64,000 nucleotides of DNA from an uncultured Gammaproteobacteria bacterium (GTDB taxonomy: Bacteria > Patescibacteriota > Microgenomatia > Levybacterales > UBA12049), in the NCBI GenBank assembly GCA_965230895.1, contig OZ246394.1, positions 712,627 to 776,626 of the forward strand, in the 5' to 3' direction. Shown here piece by piece: positions 19,433 to 29,078 of the stretch. The position numbers were made by a program, and so were the translations under genes. The notes beneath the pieces were generated by a model, which saw only the letters and a list, made by a program, of their open reading frames with translations, did not search any database and was not told where the DNA came from. Within the stretch, counting starts at the first letter, position 1, and each line of letters opens with the position of its first letter.

Positions 19433-20437
19433 CTAAACTAATGCAATGAATATACCAAGTATCGCCAAGAGGAATCCAAGTAACCATGCACGCATTACAA
19501 TTTTTGGTTCTTCCCAACCCTTTTTAAGGAAATATAAATGCAAAGGAGCAACAGGAAGAAGCTTGCGACCAAGATATTTTTTCCCAAGCAATTGAATAAG
19601 AGACGAAGCGATTTCGATAACAAAGATTCCTCCGATAATCATAAGTGCAAATACTTTACCGGTCAGAAGTCCAGTTACCGCAAGCGCTGCACCTAACGAA
19701 AGCGATCCAACATCTCCCAGCCAAATACGTGCTTTGTAAATATTGAAGTATAAAAAGGCAGAAACACTCCCAATTAAAATTGCTAGAAAGATTCCGAGAG
19801 GTTGATCAAGTGTTACAGAATTAATTGCTAAGAATGCAAGCAAACAAATAATGAGTAACCCAGATGCTAAACCATCTAACCCATCAGTAATGTTAAATGC
19901 GTTAACAAAAGAGACAATGATAAATGCGGCAAAAGGAATAAAGAACATACCAAGGAACATTTGTCCTACTCCGTGGATAAAGATAAAGTTATATCCTAAC
20001 TGGAAATAAAAGACCCATGCAATAATAAGCGCAAGAATCCACTGAATAATAAATTTGTGTCTAAAACGAAGTCCGAAGAACTTTTCTTTCCCCGGAACCA
20101 TTTTCTTCAGATCGTCATAGAATCCAAGGATACCAAAGCTGACAAATGAGAAGAGGATCACAAAGACTTCCCAAGGATTACTCTTAATATTGAATATACC
20201 GTATGCCCACAAAGACCAGATCAGAACGACAACAATAATAAGAAGTCCGCCGCCGTATGGAGTTCCTGCTTTCCATGAATTAAATTTATCAAAAAGAGGT
20301 GTACGATTATCAAACATGTCTTTTGTAACCTGCTTTTGTCGACGAAGTTTGATCCGGTAGAGGAAGTCGATAAACGGCACAAGCAAGATTGCCGTGACGA
20401 AAGCAGACGATAGCATAAGCCCTAATAGTCGTATCAT
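19433..20437 (-). CDS. mraY: Phospho-N-acetylmuramoyl-pentapeptide transferase MraY
   Basis: 'KAGTPYGGG', 'NAFNITDGLDGLA' and 'DVGSLSLGAALA' are the MraY cytoplasmic-loop motifs. 10 TM helices. Confidence 0.85.
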   Translation of the reverse strand: MIRLLGLMLSSAFVTAILLVPFIDFLYRIKLRRQKQVTKDMFDNRTPLFDKFNSWKAGTPYGGGLLIIVVVLIWSLWAYGIFNIKSNPWEVFVILFSFVSFGILGFYDDLKKMVPGKEKFFGLRFRHKFIIQWILALIIAWVFYFQLGYNFIFIHGVGQMFLGMFFIPFAAFIIVSFVNAFNITDGLDGLASGLLIICLLAFLAINSVTLDQPLGIFLAILIGSVSAFLYFNIYKARIWLGDVGSLSLGAALAVTGLLTGKVFALMIIGGIFVIEIASSLIQLLGKKYLGRKLLPVAPLHLYFLKKGWEEPKIVMRAWLLGFLLAILGIFIALV

Positions 20438-20482
20438 TGCTACAATTATACTCTAAATTGCTTAAAATAGTAAATTGTTGTG

Positions 20483-20950
20483 TTATTGTGAGGTTTCTCC
20501 GCCGTAATTGAAGATCATTCTATACACATTTGTCTCTCTTTTTTGAAAGCCTAATTTCTCATATAAATTATTTGCGGAGTTTCGGTCAGAACGTGAAGTA
20601 CAGTCAGCATAAGCAGCTCCATTATCTTTTGCAAAGGCAATTGCATGTTTCATAAGAGTAGCACCCAACCCATGGCCACGATACTCTGCATCAACAATAA
20701 GATCTTCAAAATATGCTTTGCGGACATATGGAATCCTGTAGAGTAATACAAGAATCATTCCGATTATTGTGCCATTAGCATTCTTTGCAACAAATAAATT
20801 ATGCATAGGCGAGGCAATCATTTCTTCCACATCTTCATTGCTTAAATCTTGATAATTAGTCCCTATTTGTTTGGCAAGGTTTCGAAGTGAGTCAGCAGTT
20901 TCAGAAGAAAGAGAATCTAAACGTGTGATGGAAAACGTATTTTGACCCAT
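20483..20950 (-). CDS. GNAT acetyltransferase (small, GNA1-like pattern)
   Basis: The motif A 'LIVDAEYRGHGLGATLM' is followed by 'LYEKLGF'. The protein is 155 aa. Confidence 0.6.
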   Translation of the reverse strand: MGQNTFSITRLDSLSSETADSLRNLAKQIGTNYQDLSNEDVEEMIASPMHNLFVAKNANGTIIGMILVLLYRIPYVRKAYFEDLIVDAEYRGHGLGATLMKHAIAFAKDNGAAYADCTSRSDRNSANNLYEKLGFQKRETNVYRMIFNYGGETSQ

Positions 20951-20955
20951 ACGGA

Positions 20956-21726
20956 TTATTCTTTTGGCTCATTTGCCTTAATACTTTGATATAAGTTTTC
21001 CGCTTCTTGAAGTTCCTCTGGAGTATTTACTCCACGCCATGGAATTTCAACTTGAATCGTTTCTATTGTTTCACCCTGTTGCGCTGCGAGTTCAATCAAG
21101 CTAACAATATAATATTCACCAGTGACTGGGCTTTTCTTAATCTTCTTAAGATATTTTTTCAAAAATGCTGATGAGAAGAAATAGCATGCAGCATTAATTT
21201 CCTGAATTTTTCTCTGCTCTTCGGTTGCATCTTTTTCTTCAACGATTGAAGTAACTTTGCCATCTTTATCTCGGACAACGCGCCCTAAACCAAAAGGATT
21301 TGGAAGCTTTACCGTCAAAAATGTGACTGCAGCCTGACTATCAATATGTTTTGCAGCAAGTTGTGAGATTACTTCCTTTGTATAAAATGCAGAATCATCT
21401 CCATTGATAACTAAAACATCAGACACATGTTCTGGAACTTTTTTAAAACCGCTTGCTACTGCATGCGCTGTTCCAAGACGTTTTGTCTGCTCTGCAAAAA
21501 TAATATGTTTGTCGTCTTTCAATACTTCTTTAACAGATTCTTTTGCAAAACCGACCACAACAATAATGGAATCAAAGTACATATGTTCAAGAAGATCAAT
21601 CGAATGCTTAACAAGAGGTTTGTTCGCCAATTGAAAGGTCACTTTGTTCATGCCCTTTGCCTTCATGCGTTTTCCTCTTCCAGCCGCTAAAACTATGGCT
21701 CCTAAATTTCTTTTTTCTTTTGTCAT
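20956..21726 (-). CDS. Sugar-1-phosphate nucleotidyltransferase resembling the GlmU N-terminal uridylyltransferase domain. No LbH acetyltransferase domain is attached.
   Basis: 'GAIVLAAGRGKRMKAKGMNKVTFQLANKPLVKHSI' matches the GlmU 'LAAGKGTRM..PKVL..LAGKPM..H' pattern. The ORF ends at 256 aa. Confidence 0.6.
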   Translation of the reverse strand: MTKEKRNLGAIVLAAGRGKRMKAKGMNKVTFQLANKPLVKHSIDLLEHMYFDSIIVVVGFAKESVKEVLKDDKHIIFAEQTKRLGTAHAVASGFKKVPEHVSDVLVINGDDSAFYTKEVISQLAAKHIDSQAAVTFLTVKLPNPFGLGRVVRDKDGKVTSIVEEKDATEEQRKIQEINAACYFFSSAFLKKYLKKIKKSPVTGEYYIVSLIELAAQQGETIETIQVEIPWRGVNTPEELQEAENLYQSIKANEPKE

Positions 21727-23054
21727 TCTTCTTCAGTAACCCTTTCAATTGCTGCACCTAATTTGGTGAAACGAGTTTCAAAAGCTTCATATCCACGATC
21801 AAGCTTTTCAATACCAAAAATTGTCGATGTTCCTTTTGCTGCAAGTGCTGCTAAAACGATTGCTGCACCTGCTCGGATATCAAGTGTTGTCATTACCGCG
21901 TTATGCAAAGTGTTTGGACCTGTGATCTTTACTGCATGAAAATATTCTGGTTTGTCATCATCCAAATTATAATTATATACGGATTCAGGATCGCTCACTT
22001 CAGGATTAAATAGTTTTACTTTTGCACCCATTCGCTTAAGATCTTTTACGTAACCAAGTTTGTTTTCAAAAACAGTTTCGTGGATTATTGCTTCACCTTC
22101 TGCTTGAGTCATAAGAATCGCCCAAGGTGCCTGCCAATCAGTAAGGAATCCAGGATGAATTCCCGTTTCAACATCGACAGCCTTTAAGGTGCCATTCGCA
22201 AAGAACCGAATTCCATCCTCTTTCATTTCGTACCCAGCGCCAGTTGCTTTATACTTTTCCATGAATGCATCAATATTTGCTTTATGAGCATCTTTAACAA
22301 AAATATCTCCCCCTGTTATCACTGCGGCAATTGCAAATGTCGCAACTTCGATACGATCTGGACTGATAGTAACTTCAGCTCCATGAAGTTTTTTCGCACC
22401 GACAATTGTAATCTGACGATGTCCTGTACGCTTTACATTTCCACCCATTTGATTAATACATTCGATAACATCATTAATTTCAGGTTCTTCAGCGGCATTT
22501 TCAAGAACAGTTGTACCCTCAGCAAGTGCAGCTGCGATAATCATTGTTTCAGTTCCTGTGTGAGTACTCTTGGGGAAATGATAGTCGGACGCTTTCAGGC
22601 CATTTGTTTTTGCGTGAAAATAACCATCTTCACTGTGATAGGTAACCTCAACTTGCAGCTTTCCAACTCCTTCAACTGTTCTATCAATAGGCCGTGCACC
22701 AAGTCTACAACCGCCTGGATTTGGGATAATTGCTTCACCTGTTCGTGCAAGAAGTGGACCGATAAACATTGAAGAAGTTCGAGCACGTGCAGCTTTATCA
22801 AGAGGAATTGATGAATGAGCAAAAGCCTTCATCTGAACTGTAACCGTATGATCTTCGAGTTTCACATCAGCTCCAAGATCTTTCATGATATCTAACATTA
22901 CGAAGACATCAGCAATAAGAGGAACATTATGGATAATCACTTGCTCATCCGTGAGGCAAGCAGCTACAAGTACTTTTAATGCAGCATTTTTTGCTCCAGA
23001 AATACCTATTTCCCCTTGCAACTTATTTCCACCTTTAATTACAAATTTTTCCAT
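21723..23054 (-). CDS. murA: UDP-N-acetylglucosamine 1-carboxyvinyltransferase MurA
   Basis: The start 'KFVIKGGNKLQGEIGISGAKNAALKVL', the active-site region 'NPGGCRLGARPID', and the 443 aa length all fit MurA. Confidence 0.85.
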   Translation of the reverse strand: MEKFVIKGGNKLQGEIGISGAKNAALKVLVAACLTDEQVIIHNVPLIADVFVMLDIMKDLGADVKLEDHTVTVQMKAFAHSSIPLDKAARARTSSMFIGPLLARTGEAIIPNPGGCRLGARPIDRTVEGVGKLQVEVTYHSEDGYFHAKTNGLKASDYHFPKSTHTGTETMIIAAALAEGTTVLENAAEEPEINDVIECINQMGGNVKRTGHRQITIVGAKKLHGAEVTISPDRIEVATFAIAAVITGGDIFVKDAHKANIDAFMEKYKATGAGYEMKEDGIRFFANGTLKAVDVETGIHPGFLTDWQAPWAILMTQAEGEAIIHETVFENKLGYVKDLKRMGAKVKLFNPEVSDPESVYNYNLDDDKPEYFHAVKITGPNTLHNAVMTTLDIRAGAAIVLAALAAKGTSTIFGIEKLDRGYEAFETRFTKLGAAIERVTEEE

Positions 23055-23060
23055 AATTAT

Positions 23061-23762
23061 CTAATTTTTTCTTTCCGCCTCTTCTCTTCTCCACGCAACT
23101 GCTTCTTCTCCACGCGCCCATAAAACCTTCTTATCAGCAGGTGTTAATTTAAACGCTGCTGAAAGTATAACATCATTTGTTTCTTCCCACTCCCCATCAG
23201 TATATACAAAATGTGGCATTTGTCCATTATACGTTTGGATCTCGCCATTTTCATGCAAGATCCGTACTGATTGTAACACTTTACTAACAGGCAAATATTT
23301 TGGAATATATTTTGCATTGGTAGAGATTGCTCCACCAACAGTTCCCGGCAAACCTAATTGATATTCAAGCCCAGCAAGTCCCTCCTCAATAGTAAATCGG
23401 ACGAGCTGATTCATGTTCACACCTGATTCTGCATAGACAAGTATTTCTTGTACCCCCATCTGGCTTTGTTTGATGGAACCCTTCATACTCGCTTTATCAA
23501 ACCGTCGACAGTTATTTTTAATAACGAGTCCAGGCAAATCTTTTCCAGATTCTATTCTAGCACCACTCCCAAGTATTCGAACAGGGATTTTAAAATTTTG
23601 TGCTGCTTTAATAATCGTTACAAGCTCATTAATCGTATCAATTTCAAGGTATAACTCCACGTTGATATCAGCTTTTGTGATGGTATGTGTTGCCAATGAT
23701 TCGTTTTGCTTTACCCGTTTTTCTCCAATTAATTCTACAATCTTCCGTATGCTATCTGTCAT
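23061..23762 (-). CDS. murB: UDP-N-acetylenolpyruvoylglucosamine reductase MurB, short form. The ORF track start at 23804 overlaps murC; the internal ATG at MTDSIRK is more likely.
   Basis: The FAD-binding region 'PVRILGSGARI' and 'GLAGLEYQLGLPGTVGGAISTNAKY' are MurB motifs. Confidence 0.7.
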   Translation of the reverse strand: MTDSIRKIVELIGEKRVKQNESLATHTITKADINVELYLEIDTINELVTIIKAAQNFKIPVRILGSGARIESGKDLPGLVIKNNCRRFDKASMKGSIKQSQMGVQEILVYAESGVNMNQLVRFTIEEGLAGLEYQLGLPGTVGGAISTNAKYIPKYLPVSKVLQSVRILHENGEIQTYNGQMPHFVYTDGEWEETNDVILSAAFKLTPADKKVLWARGEEAVAWRREEAERKN

Positions 23763-25173
23763 AAAAAGCCAATTTTGTGTGGATCGTGTAGATATCGCCT
23801 GCACCCATGGTTACAAGAACCGTATCTGATCGAAACTTGTTTTCGTTGATATATTTTACCACATCGTCCAAATTCTCAAGGTAAATTACTTCTTTATGAT
23901 GGTTACTTATTCCTATTGCTAATTGTTTTGAAGAAACACTTGGATCAGGTTTTTCTCGTAGTGATGCGTAAATATCTGTAAGGACAATTGTATCTACATC
24001 TTCGAAAACACGCAAGAAATCATTAAATAATTGCTTTGTTCGGGAATATGTATGAGGTTGAAAAAAGCACACAATTTTTTTCTTTGGATATTGCTTACGC
24101 AACGCTCCAAGAGTTTTCTTGATTTCTGTAGGATGATGCGCATAGTCATCATATACTTTCGCACCAGTTTGTAATTCCCCAATATATTCCAAACGGCGCT
24201 TTGAACCTTGAAACGCCAATAATCCTTTCCGTACCTTTTCAATAGACAATCCAACTTCTAAAGAAACGATTATTGCCGCAAGTGCATTGAGCGCATTGTG
24301 TTCTCCAGCGACACGAATCGCAAACTCGCCCAATGGAACACCGTACGATTTTACCCAAAAGAATGTTTGATCACCTGAGATCGTTGCGCGTTCTAAAATA
24401 TAATCATTACCAGCACCAAAACCATATGTGACTGCTTTCCGATCAAATTCTTTCAAGAGCATTCGAACTTCAGGATCGTCACCACAGGCAATGAGCAAAC
24501 CTTTAGGAGGTAAATTATTTGCAAACTCAAGAAACGTAGAACGTACTGCATCAGTTGAAGGATAAATATCAGGATGATCGTGCTCAATATTTGTGAAGAC
24601 GGCAAAAGTCGGATGCTGCCAAAGGAACCGAGCACGTCGATCGTGGACCGGTTCAGTAGCATACTCATCAGCTTCTGCTACAAAATATCTCCCTTTTCCA
24701 AGATAACCAGGAACACCAAGTGATTTTACGTCACCGGTTCCAATAATATATGACGGATCCATTCCATTCTCTTTCAAAACAGTTGCGATCATTGCAGTTG
24801 TTGTGGTTTTACCATGTGTTCCAGCAACCGAAATTCCAGTAAATTGTTCACCGAGGATTTCTCCTTTCATAAATGCACCTGTTGCCTCACCTGCCGACAT
24901 AACTGGTATTTTTTTAAGCTTTGCTGCATGGACTTCAATATTGTCATAGCCACCATGCGCACCTGTGGTAATAACAAAGTCAGGACTCTCGACATGTTCT
25001 GCTGCAAATCCTTTGAAGGGGGTAATGTTTGCTTTCTTTAGTGCGGCATCAGTAATGAATTCTTGATCAACATCTGAGCCAGTTACTTCATATCCTGCTG
25101 ATTTTGCAATCAGAGCAAGCGGCATCATATTTGTCCCTTTGATGCCTACAAAATGTATATGCTTCTTTTTCAT
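23752..25173 (-). CDS. murC: UDP-N-acetylmuramate--L-alanine ligase MurC
   Basis: 'IHFVGIKGTNMMPLALIAKSAGYEVTGSD' is the N-terminal Rossmann domain. 'VAGTHGKTTTTAMIA' is the P-loop, and 'EADEYATEP' follows. Confidence 0.85.
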   Translation of the reverse strand: MKKKHIHFVGIKGTNMMPLALIAKSAGYEVTGSDVDQEFITDAALKKANITPFKGFAAEHVESPDFVITTGAHGGYDNIEVHAAKLKKIPVMSAGEATGAFMKGEILGEQFTGISVAGTHGKTTTTAMIATVLKENGMDPSYIIGTGDVKSLGVPGYLGKGRYFVAEADEYATEPVHDRRARFLWQHPTFAVFTNIEHDHPDIYPSTDAVRSTFLEFANNLPPKGLLIACGDDPEVRMLLKEFDRKAVTYGFGAGNDYILERATISGDQTFFWVKSYGVPLGEFAIRVAGEHNALNALAAIIVSLEVGLSIEKVRKGLLAFQGSKRRLEYIGELQTGAKVYDDYAHHPTEIKKTLGALRKQYPKKKIVCFFQPHTYSRTKQLFNDFLRVFEDVDTIVLTDIYASLREKPDPSVSSKQLAIGISNHHKEVIYLENLDDVVKYINENKFRSDTVLVTMGAGDIYTIHTKLAFYDR

Positions 25174-25886
25174 AATAAACTTATAACACTAATGAATAAA
25201 CTATTTCTATCGCCTCTCCTGTATGAATAAAAACGTTTATCATGCAGCGTGCAAATATCTGAGATAGCAATATTTTCTTCAAGTATACCTTCTGCAAGCA
25301 GGTTTTGCAGGGCAACATTGCGTAGATCTAAATAGTATTTTCCATCTTTTTCTTCATATATATTTTTATATGTAGGGAATGTCTGTTTAAATTCAGTAAT
25401 AATCTCCTCGCTTACTTCATAACAATCTCTTTCGATACTTGGCCCGATACCCACAATAATATCATTCGGGTTGGAATCAAATGTAGCTTCGAAAGCGGCA
25501 ATTGTCTTAGTCAAAATGCCCGCAGACAATCCCCGTCTTCCAGCGTGAACTGCTCCAATAGCCTGTTTTTCAGGATCATAGAAAAAGACAGGCAGACAAT
25601 CGGCAGTTTTTATTGCTAAAGGTAATCCTTTCTTATTCGTAATCATTCCATCAGTCTGAGGAATCACTAACTCTCTATCGTTTTCAATTATTGCGATGTT
25701 CGTTCCATGAACTTGTCGCATACTGATCGGCATCTTAGGGAAATTTTGATCTTTAGCAAATTTCAATAAGTTCGCAGAATGAACGTCCCCATTTTCTTTT
25801 TTCATTGATCCAAATGCTTGTGTGGAGATTGCGTGCGATATTGCTGTGTAATCTGAAAAAATATCCAATTTTAAAACAGTATTCAT
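25170..25886 (-). CDS. pgeF: PgeF/YfiH-family protein (DUF152 purine nucleoside phosphorylase / peptidoglycan editing factor)
   Basis: 'MRQVHGTNIAII', 'TADCLPVFFYD' and 'GAVHAGRRG' are the YfiH/LACC1-family motifs. Confidence 0.7.
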   Translation of the reverse strand: MNTVLKLDIFSDYTAISHAISTQAFGSMKKENGDVHSANLLKFAKDQNFPKMPISMRQVHGTNIAIIENDRELVIPQTDGMITNKKGLPLAIKTADCLPVFFYDPEKQAIGAVHAGRRGLSAGILTKTIAAFEATFDSNPNDIIVGIGPSIERDCYEVSEEIITEFKQTFPTYKNIYEEKDGKYYLDLRNVALQNLLAEGILEENIAISDICTLHDKRFYSYRRGDRNSLFISVISLL

Positions 25887-27130
25887 AAAAGCTTTCTCTC
25901 TTGTAAAGCAGTTTTTGCGGTTTCATTCTCATCCCAAGGTTCTTCACCGTTTCCGTAATTTATCGATTTTTCGTGACCTTTTCCGGTCATGATCACAACA
26001 TCACCTCGGCCTGCTATCTTAATAGCAAAATGAATTGCTTCTTTACGGTCTTTAATAATGAATACATATTTTTGTCCGCTTTTCAGGCCTCCACTTGAAG
26101 CAATCAATGTATGATCATGTACAATTTCAAAACGCTTATCGGTAATTCCTTTAAGAATTTCTGAATTAATATGGTCGATTGGCTCAGTTCTTGGATCTTC
26201 TGCTGTAACAACTATTACATCAGCATATCTTGATGATATCTTCCCCATTTCTGGCCTTTTGTATGTGTCTCTTTTTGCAGCTGCTCCAAAGACATGTATC
26301 AAACGATTCTTCGTAAGCTTTTTCACTTCCGGCAAAATCTCTGCAAAAGAATTTGGTGTATGGGCAAAATCATTAATTACCATGAAATCTTTTTTGTAAA
26401 GAATTTCTTGACGACCGGTTGGAGCTTTAAAGGTAGCAATTCCTTTTCGTATCAATTCTTCTGGAATATGTAATTGTTGCAAAGCAGTAATTGCAGCAAG
26501 ACAATTATATTTATTAAATTGTCCAAGCAATTTTGTCGTAAATTGAAATGTGTGAGGATTTACATCTGAATCCTTTTTCAATCCATATGTAATAATCTCT
26601 TCTTTACCTTTCAATTCTTTCTTCCGAATTTGCCAATATGAATGATCATCTTTATTCACTACTGCAACTTTTGCAGCACGGAGGAGTTTGGACTTCACAT
26701 GGACATAATTTTCATAGGTTTTATGATAATCCAAATGCTCTTTGGTCACATTGGTAATGACACCGACATCGAAATGAACTCCAGCAACACGATGCTGGTC
26801 TAAAGCGTGGGATGTCACTTCAAGAACAACATATTGCACGCCTTCACTTTTTGCTTTACGCAGATAGGATTGGAGAGCAAATCTTCCCGGAGTTGTTACA
26901 TGAAAACCGATATCACTAGCGTCACCGTTAATAATGGCGCCATTTGACGAAATTAAAGCAGCTTTATATCCGGCAGTAATTAAGCTGTGATAAATCAGAC
27001 TTGATGTCGTGGTTTTACCATCGGTTCCCGTTACACCTATAACCGTCATTCCACGTGCCGGGAAACGATACATTACATTGGCAATAATTGCTTGTCCTAA
27101 ATGATAAATGTTTTTAGTCTTTTGCCACAT
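25883..27130 (-). CDS. murE: Mur ligase, MurE-like (UDP-MurNAc-L-Ala-D-Glu--diamino acid ligase). It is short (415 aa) and appears to lack most of the N-terminal domain.
   Basis: 'VIGVTGTDGKTTT' is the P-loop. 'NVTKEHLDYHKTYENY' matches the MurE 'DHLDYHG' box. A C-terminal Mur ligase domain is present. Confidence 0.6.
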   Translation of the reverse strand: MWQKTKNIYHLGQAIIANVMYRFPARGMTVIGVTGTDGKTTTSSLIYHSLITAGYKAALISSNGAIINGDASDIGFHVTTPGRFALQSYLRKAKSEGVQYVVLEVTSHALDQHRVAGVHFDVGVITNVTKEHLDYHKTYENYVHVKSKLLRAAKVAVVNKDDHSYWQIRKKELKGKEEIITYGLKKDSDVNPHTFQFTTKLLGQFNKYNCLAAITALQQLHIPEELIRKGIATFKAPTGRQEILYKKDFMVINDFAHTPNSFAEILPEVKKLTKNRLIHVFGAAAKRDTYKRPEMGKISSRYADVIVVTAEDPRTEPIDHINSEILKGITDKRFEIVHDHTLIASSGGLKSGQKYVFIIKDRKEAIHFAIKIAGRGDVVIMTGKGHEKSINYGNGEEPWDENETAKTALQERKLL

Positions 27131-27131
27131 A

Positions 27132-27710
27132 TTATTTTAAGTAATGCCTCAGTAGCTCAAGAATTTTATCATAATATGTATAGTAAATATAACCTGTTAC
27201 AACTAAAAGAGCTGGGAATATAATGTACTTTTCTGTAAATGTTCCTGTAGTAACTCTGAGTGCTCGAACTGGAGGGATTCCAAAACTCATAGGTATCGGC
27301 AAAAGCCAAGGAACTCCTTCCTTCGTAAAAGTATCCATGACCAAATGAGAAACAAATCCAATCATAAACGCCCACCATACAATCTCTACATTAATATTGG
27401 GAATACTTGGCTGAAGAAATTTTAAGAAGAGATTGAAAAGTACACCAAACACGACTACCCCTAAAATTGAATGCGAAACGAATCGATGACCTCCAAGAAG
27501 TTTTCCAAAAAACTTTCCAAAGATATTCATAATTGGAAGATTTCTCCAAAAAGGTGCTGTAGACTGATCAATATCAGGCGCAATACCCCCAACCATGTTT
27601 GCAGCAAGAGCAACAATCGCAGTACCCATGGTAATCTCGGGTAAGGGGTGAGAAACAACAACGACAGAAAGTGCGGTAAATGCAGCCAAATCATGCGTTC
27701 TTCCTGTCAT
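27132..27710 (-). CDS. Membrane-bound metal-dependent hydrolase, YdjM/DUF457 family
   Basis: 'APDIDQ', 'GHRFVSHS' and 'SHLVMDTFTKEGVPWLLP' reproduce the conserved His/Asp pattern of YdjM-like proteins. Confidence 0.55.
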   Translation of the reverse strand: MTGRTHDLAAFTALSVVVVSHPLPEITMGTAIVALAANMVGGIAPDIDQSTAPFWRNLPIMNIFGKFFGKLLGGHRFVSHSILGVVVFGVLFNLFLKFLQPSIPNINVEIVWWAFMIGFVSHLVMDTFTKEGVPWLLPIPMSFGIPPVRALRVTTGTFTEKYIIFPALLVVTGYIYYTYYDKILELLRHYLK

Positions 27711-27782
27711 AATAACCAGTATAGCAAATTTTGATGAGCTATCCCAATCCTGATGAACTTGTCTTAGGGAGGTGAATGTGAG

Positions 27783-28136
27783 ATGCTTAAGCCGATTATG
27801 AAGCTGCTAAACAAAACGAGAGAGACTACATTGGCAGAACAGATTATTGAAGCGAAATCATTTCGTGATCAAACGCTTGGGCTTCTCGCGTACGAAACTC
27901 CTGTAGCAATGCTTCTCAAAAGTAGTTTTGGAATCCATACGTTGTTCATGAAATATCCGATTGATGTGTTGATTTTAGACAAAAATAACAGAGTAGCAGC
28001 GTTAAGGAAACGCATGCAGCCAAATACGTTCTTTGTCTGGAACCCTTTGCATCGGACCATAATCGAGCTTCCTGAAGGAACAATTGCTATGACAAAAACT
28101 GTTTTACAAGATGAGCTTTTATTTATCCAAGGGTAA
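27783..28136 (+). CDS. DUF192 (COG1430) family protein
   Basis: 'LGLLAYETP...FGIHTLFMKYPIDVLILDKNNRV' fits the DUF192 fold consensus. Confidence 0.5.
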   Translation: MLKPIMKLLNKTRETTLAEQIIEAKSFRDQTLGLLAYETPVAMLLKSSFGIHTLFMKYPIDVLILDKNNRVAALRKRMQPNTFFVWNPLHRTIIELPEGTIAMTKTVLQDELLFIQG

Positions 28137-28149
28137 GATAATCGCTAGC

Positions 28150-28180
28150 AAACAACATAAAATCTGATATAATCACTTGT
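28150..28180 (+). promoter_or_regulatory. -10 box (TGATATAAT) 11 nt upstream of the ATG at 28181. Candidate short-leader or leaderless promoter.
   Basis: TATAAT lies at 28164-28169. No SD sequence precedes the ATG. Confidence 0.3.
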
Positions 28181-28510
28181 ATGAAACCGCAAATAACCTA
28201 CGATGATTTCATAAAGTTAGATATCCGAGTTGGAACCGTAATCAATTGTGAAGAGAAAGAAGGTTCAGACAAACTCCTCCGATTAACAGTAGATTTTGGT
28301 GAACTTGGAACTCGAAATATCCTCTCTGGGATTAAGCAATGGTATAAGCCATCTAATTTGAAAGATAAGCAATTCGTTTTCGTTTTTAATCTTGCTCCAC
28401 GAAAAATGATGGGTGAAGAATCCCAAGGCATGATACTTGCTGCTGAAGGGAAAAAACCACAGCCACTGAAGCCAAAAGCTAAAGTGCCAGCTGGATCACC
28501 AATACTGTAA
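28181..28510 (+). CDS. tRNA-binding domain protein (CsaA / MetRS C-terminal / EMAP-II-like OB fold)
   Basis: 'DIRVGTVINCEEKEGSDKLLRLTVDFGE...ESQGMILAAEG' is the canonical tRNA-binding OB-fold motif. Confidence 0.7.
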   Translation: MKPQITYDDFIKLDIRVGTVINCEEKEGSDKLLRLTVDFGELGTRNILSGIKQWYKPSNLKDKQFVFVFNLAPRKMMGEESQGMILAAEGKKPQPLKPKAKVPAGSPIL

Positions 28511-28514
28511 ACCA

Positions 28515-29078
28515 ATGAATTATTTAGAGTTTGCCCTCACTGTAGGGAAACTAAAGTCATTGAAGCGCACGGGATGGGTACGAAGGAATGTGCCTGATCC
28601 AGAAAGTGTAGCAGCCCACTCATTTCGTACAGCAGTCCTCGCAATGACCCTTGCTCCCAAAGTCGGTGCAGATAGTAATAAATCAATGAAGATGGCATTA
28701 ATCCATGATATTGGCGAAGCAATCATAGGTGATGTTGTCGTAGCGTCTTGGGATGGCAAGCGATTGGATATGCCAAAGCTTGTTAAAAAGAATGTACAGG
28801 AGGTTGCTGCAATCCATGAAATATTTGCACTTATAAAAGATGTAGATTGTCCCGCACTGTTTGAAGAGTTTCAAAAGAAAAAGAGTCTGGAATCAAAATT
28901 TGTAACGGAAATTGATAAGCTTGATATGGCAATCCAAGCATATGAATACGAGAAAGAATATGGAATTGATTTACAAGCATTTTTTAATAATGTCCAGGCA
29001 ATATTACGATTTAAAGCAGTCAAAGAATTGTTTGATGAAGTGGAAAAGAAGCGTAAAGCCCTCGATATTCAACGGTAA
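28515..29078 (+). CDS. HD-domain phosphohydrolase (YfbR/HDDC2-like 5'-deoxynucleotidase family)
   Basis: The H...HD motif is present: 'SVAAHSFRTAVLA' followed by 'ALIHDIGEAIIGD'. Confidence 0.65.
   Translation: MNYLEFALTVGKLKSLKRTGWVRRNVPDPESVAAHSFRTAVLAMTLAPKVGADSNKSMKMALIHDIGEAIIGDVVVASWDGKRLDMPKLVKKNVQEVAAIHEIFALIKDVDCPALFEEFQKKKSLESKFVTEIDKLDMAIQAYEYEKEYGIDLQAFFNNVQAILRFKAVKELFDEVEKKRKALDIQR

Noticed and set aside
23752-23804. The 53 nt overlap between murB and murC suggested a frameshift or a fusion
   Set aside because: An in-frame ATG (MTDSIRK) at 23762 gives a murB start 11 nt inside the murC 3' end. A small overlap is normal for this compact cluster.
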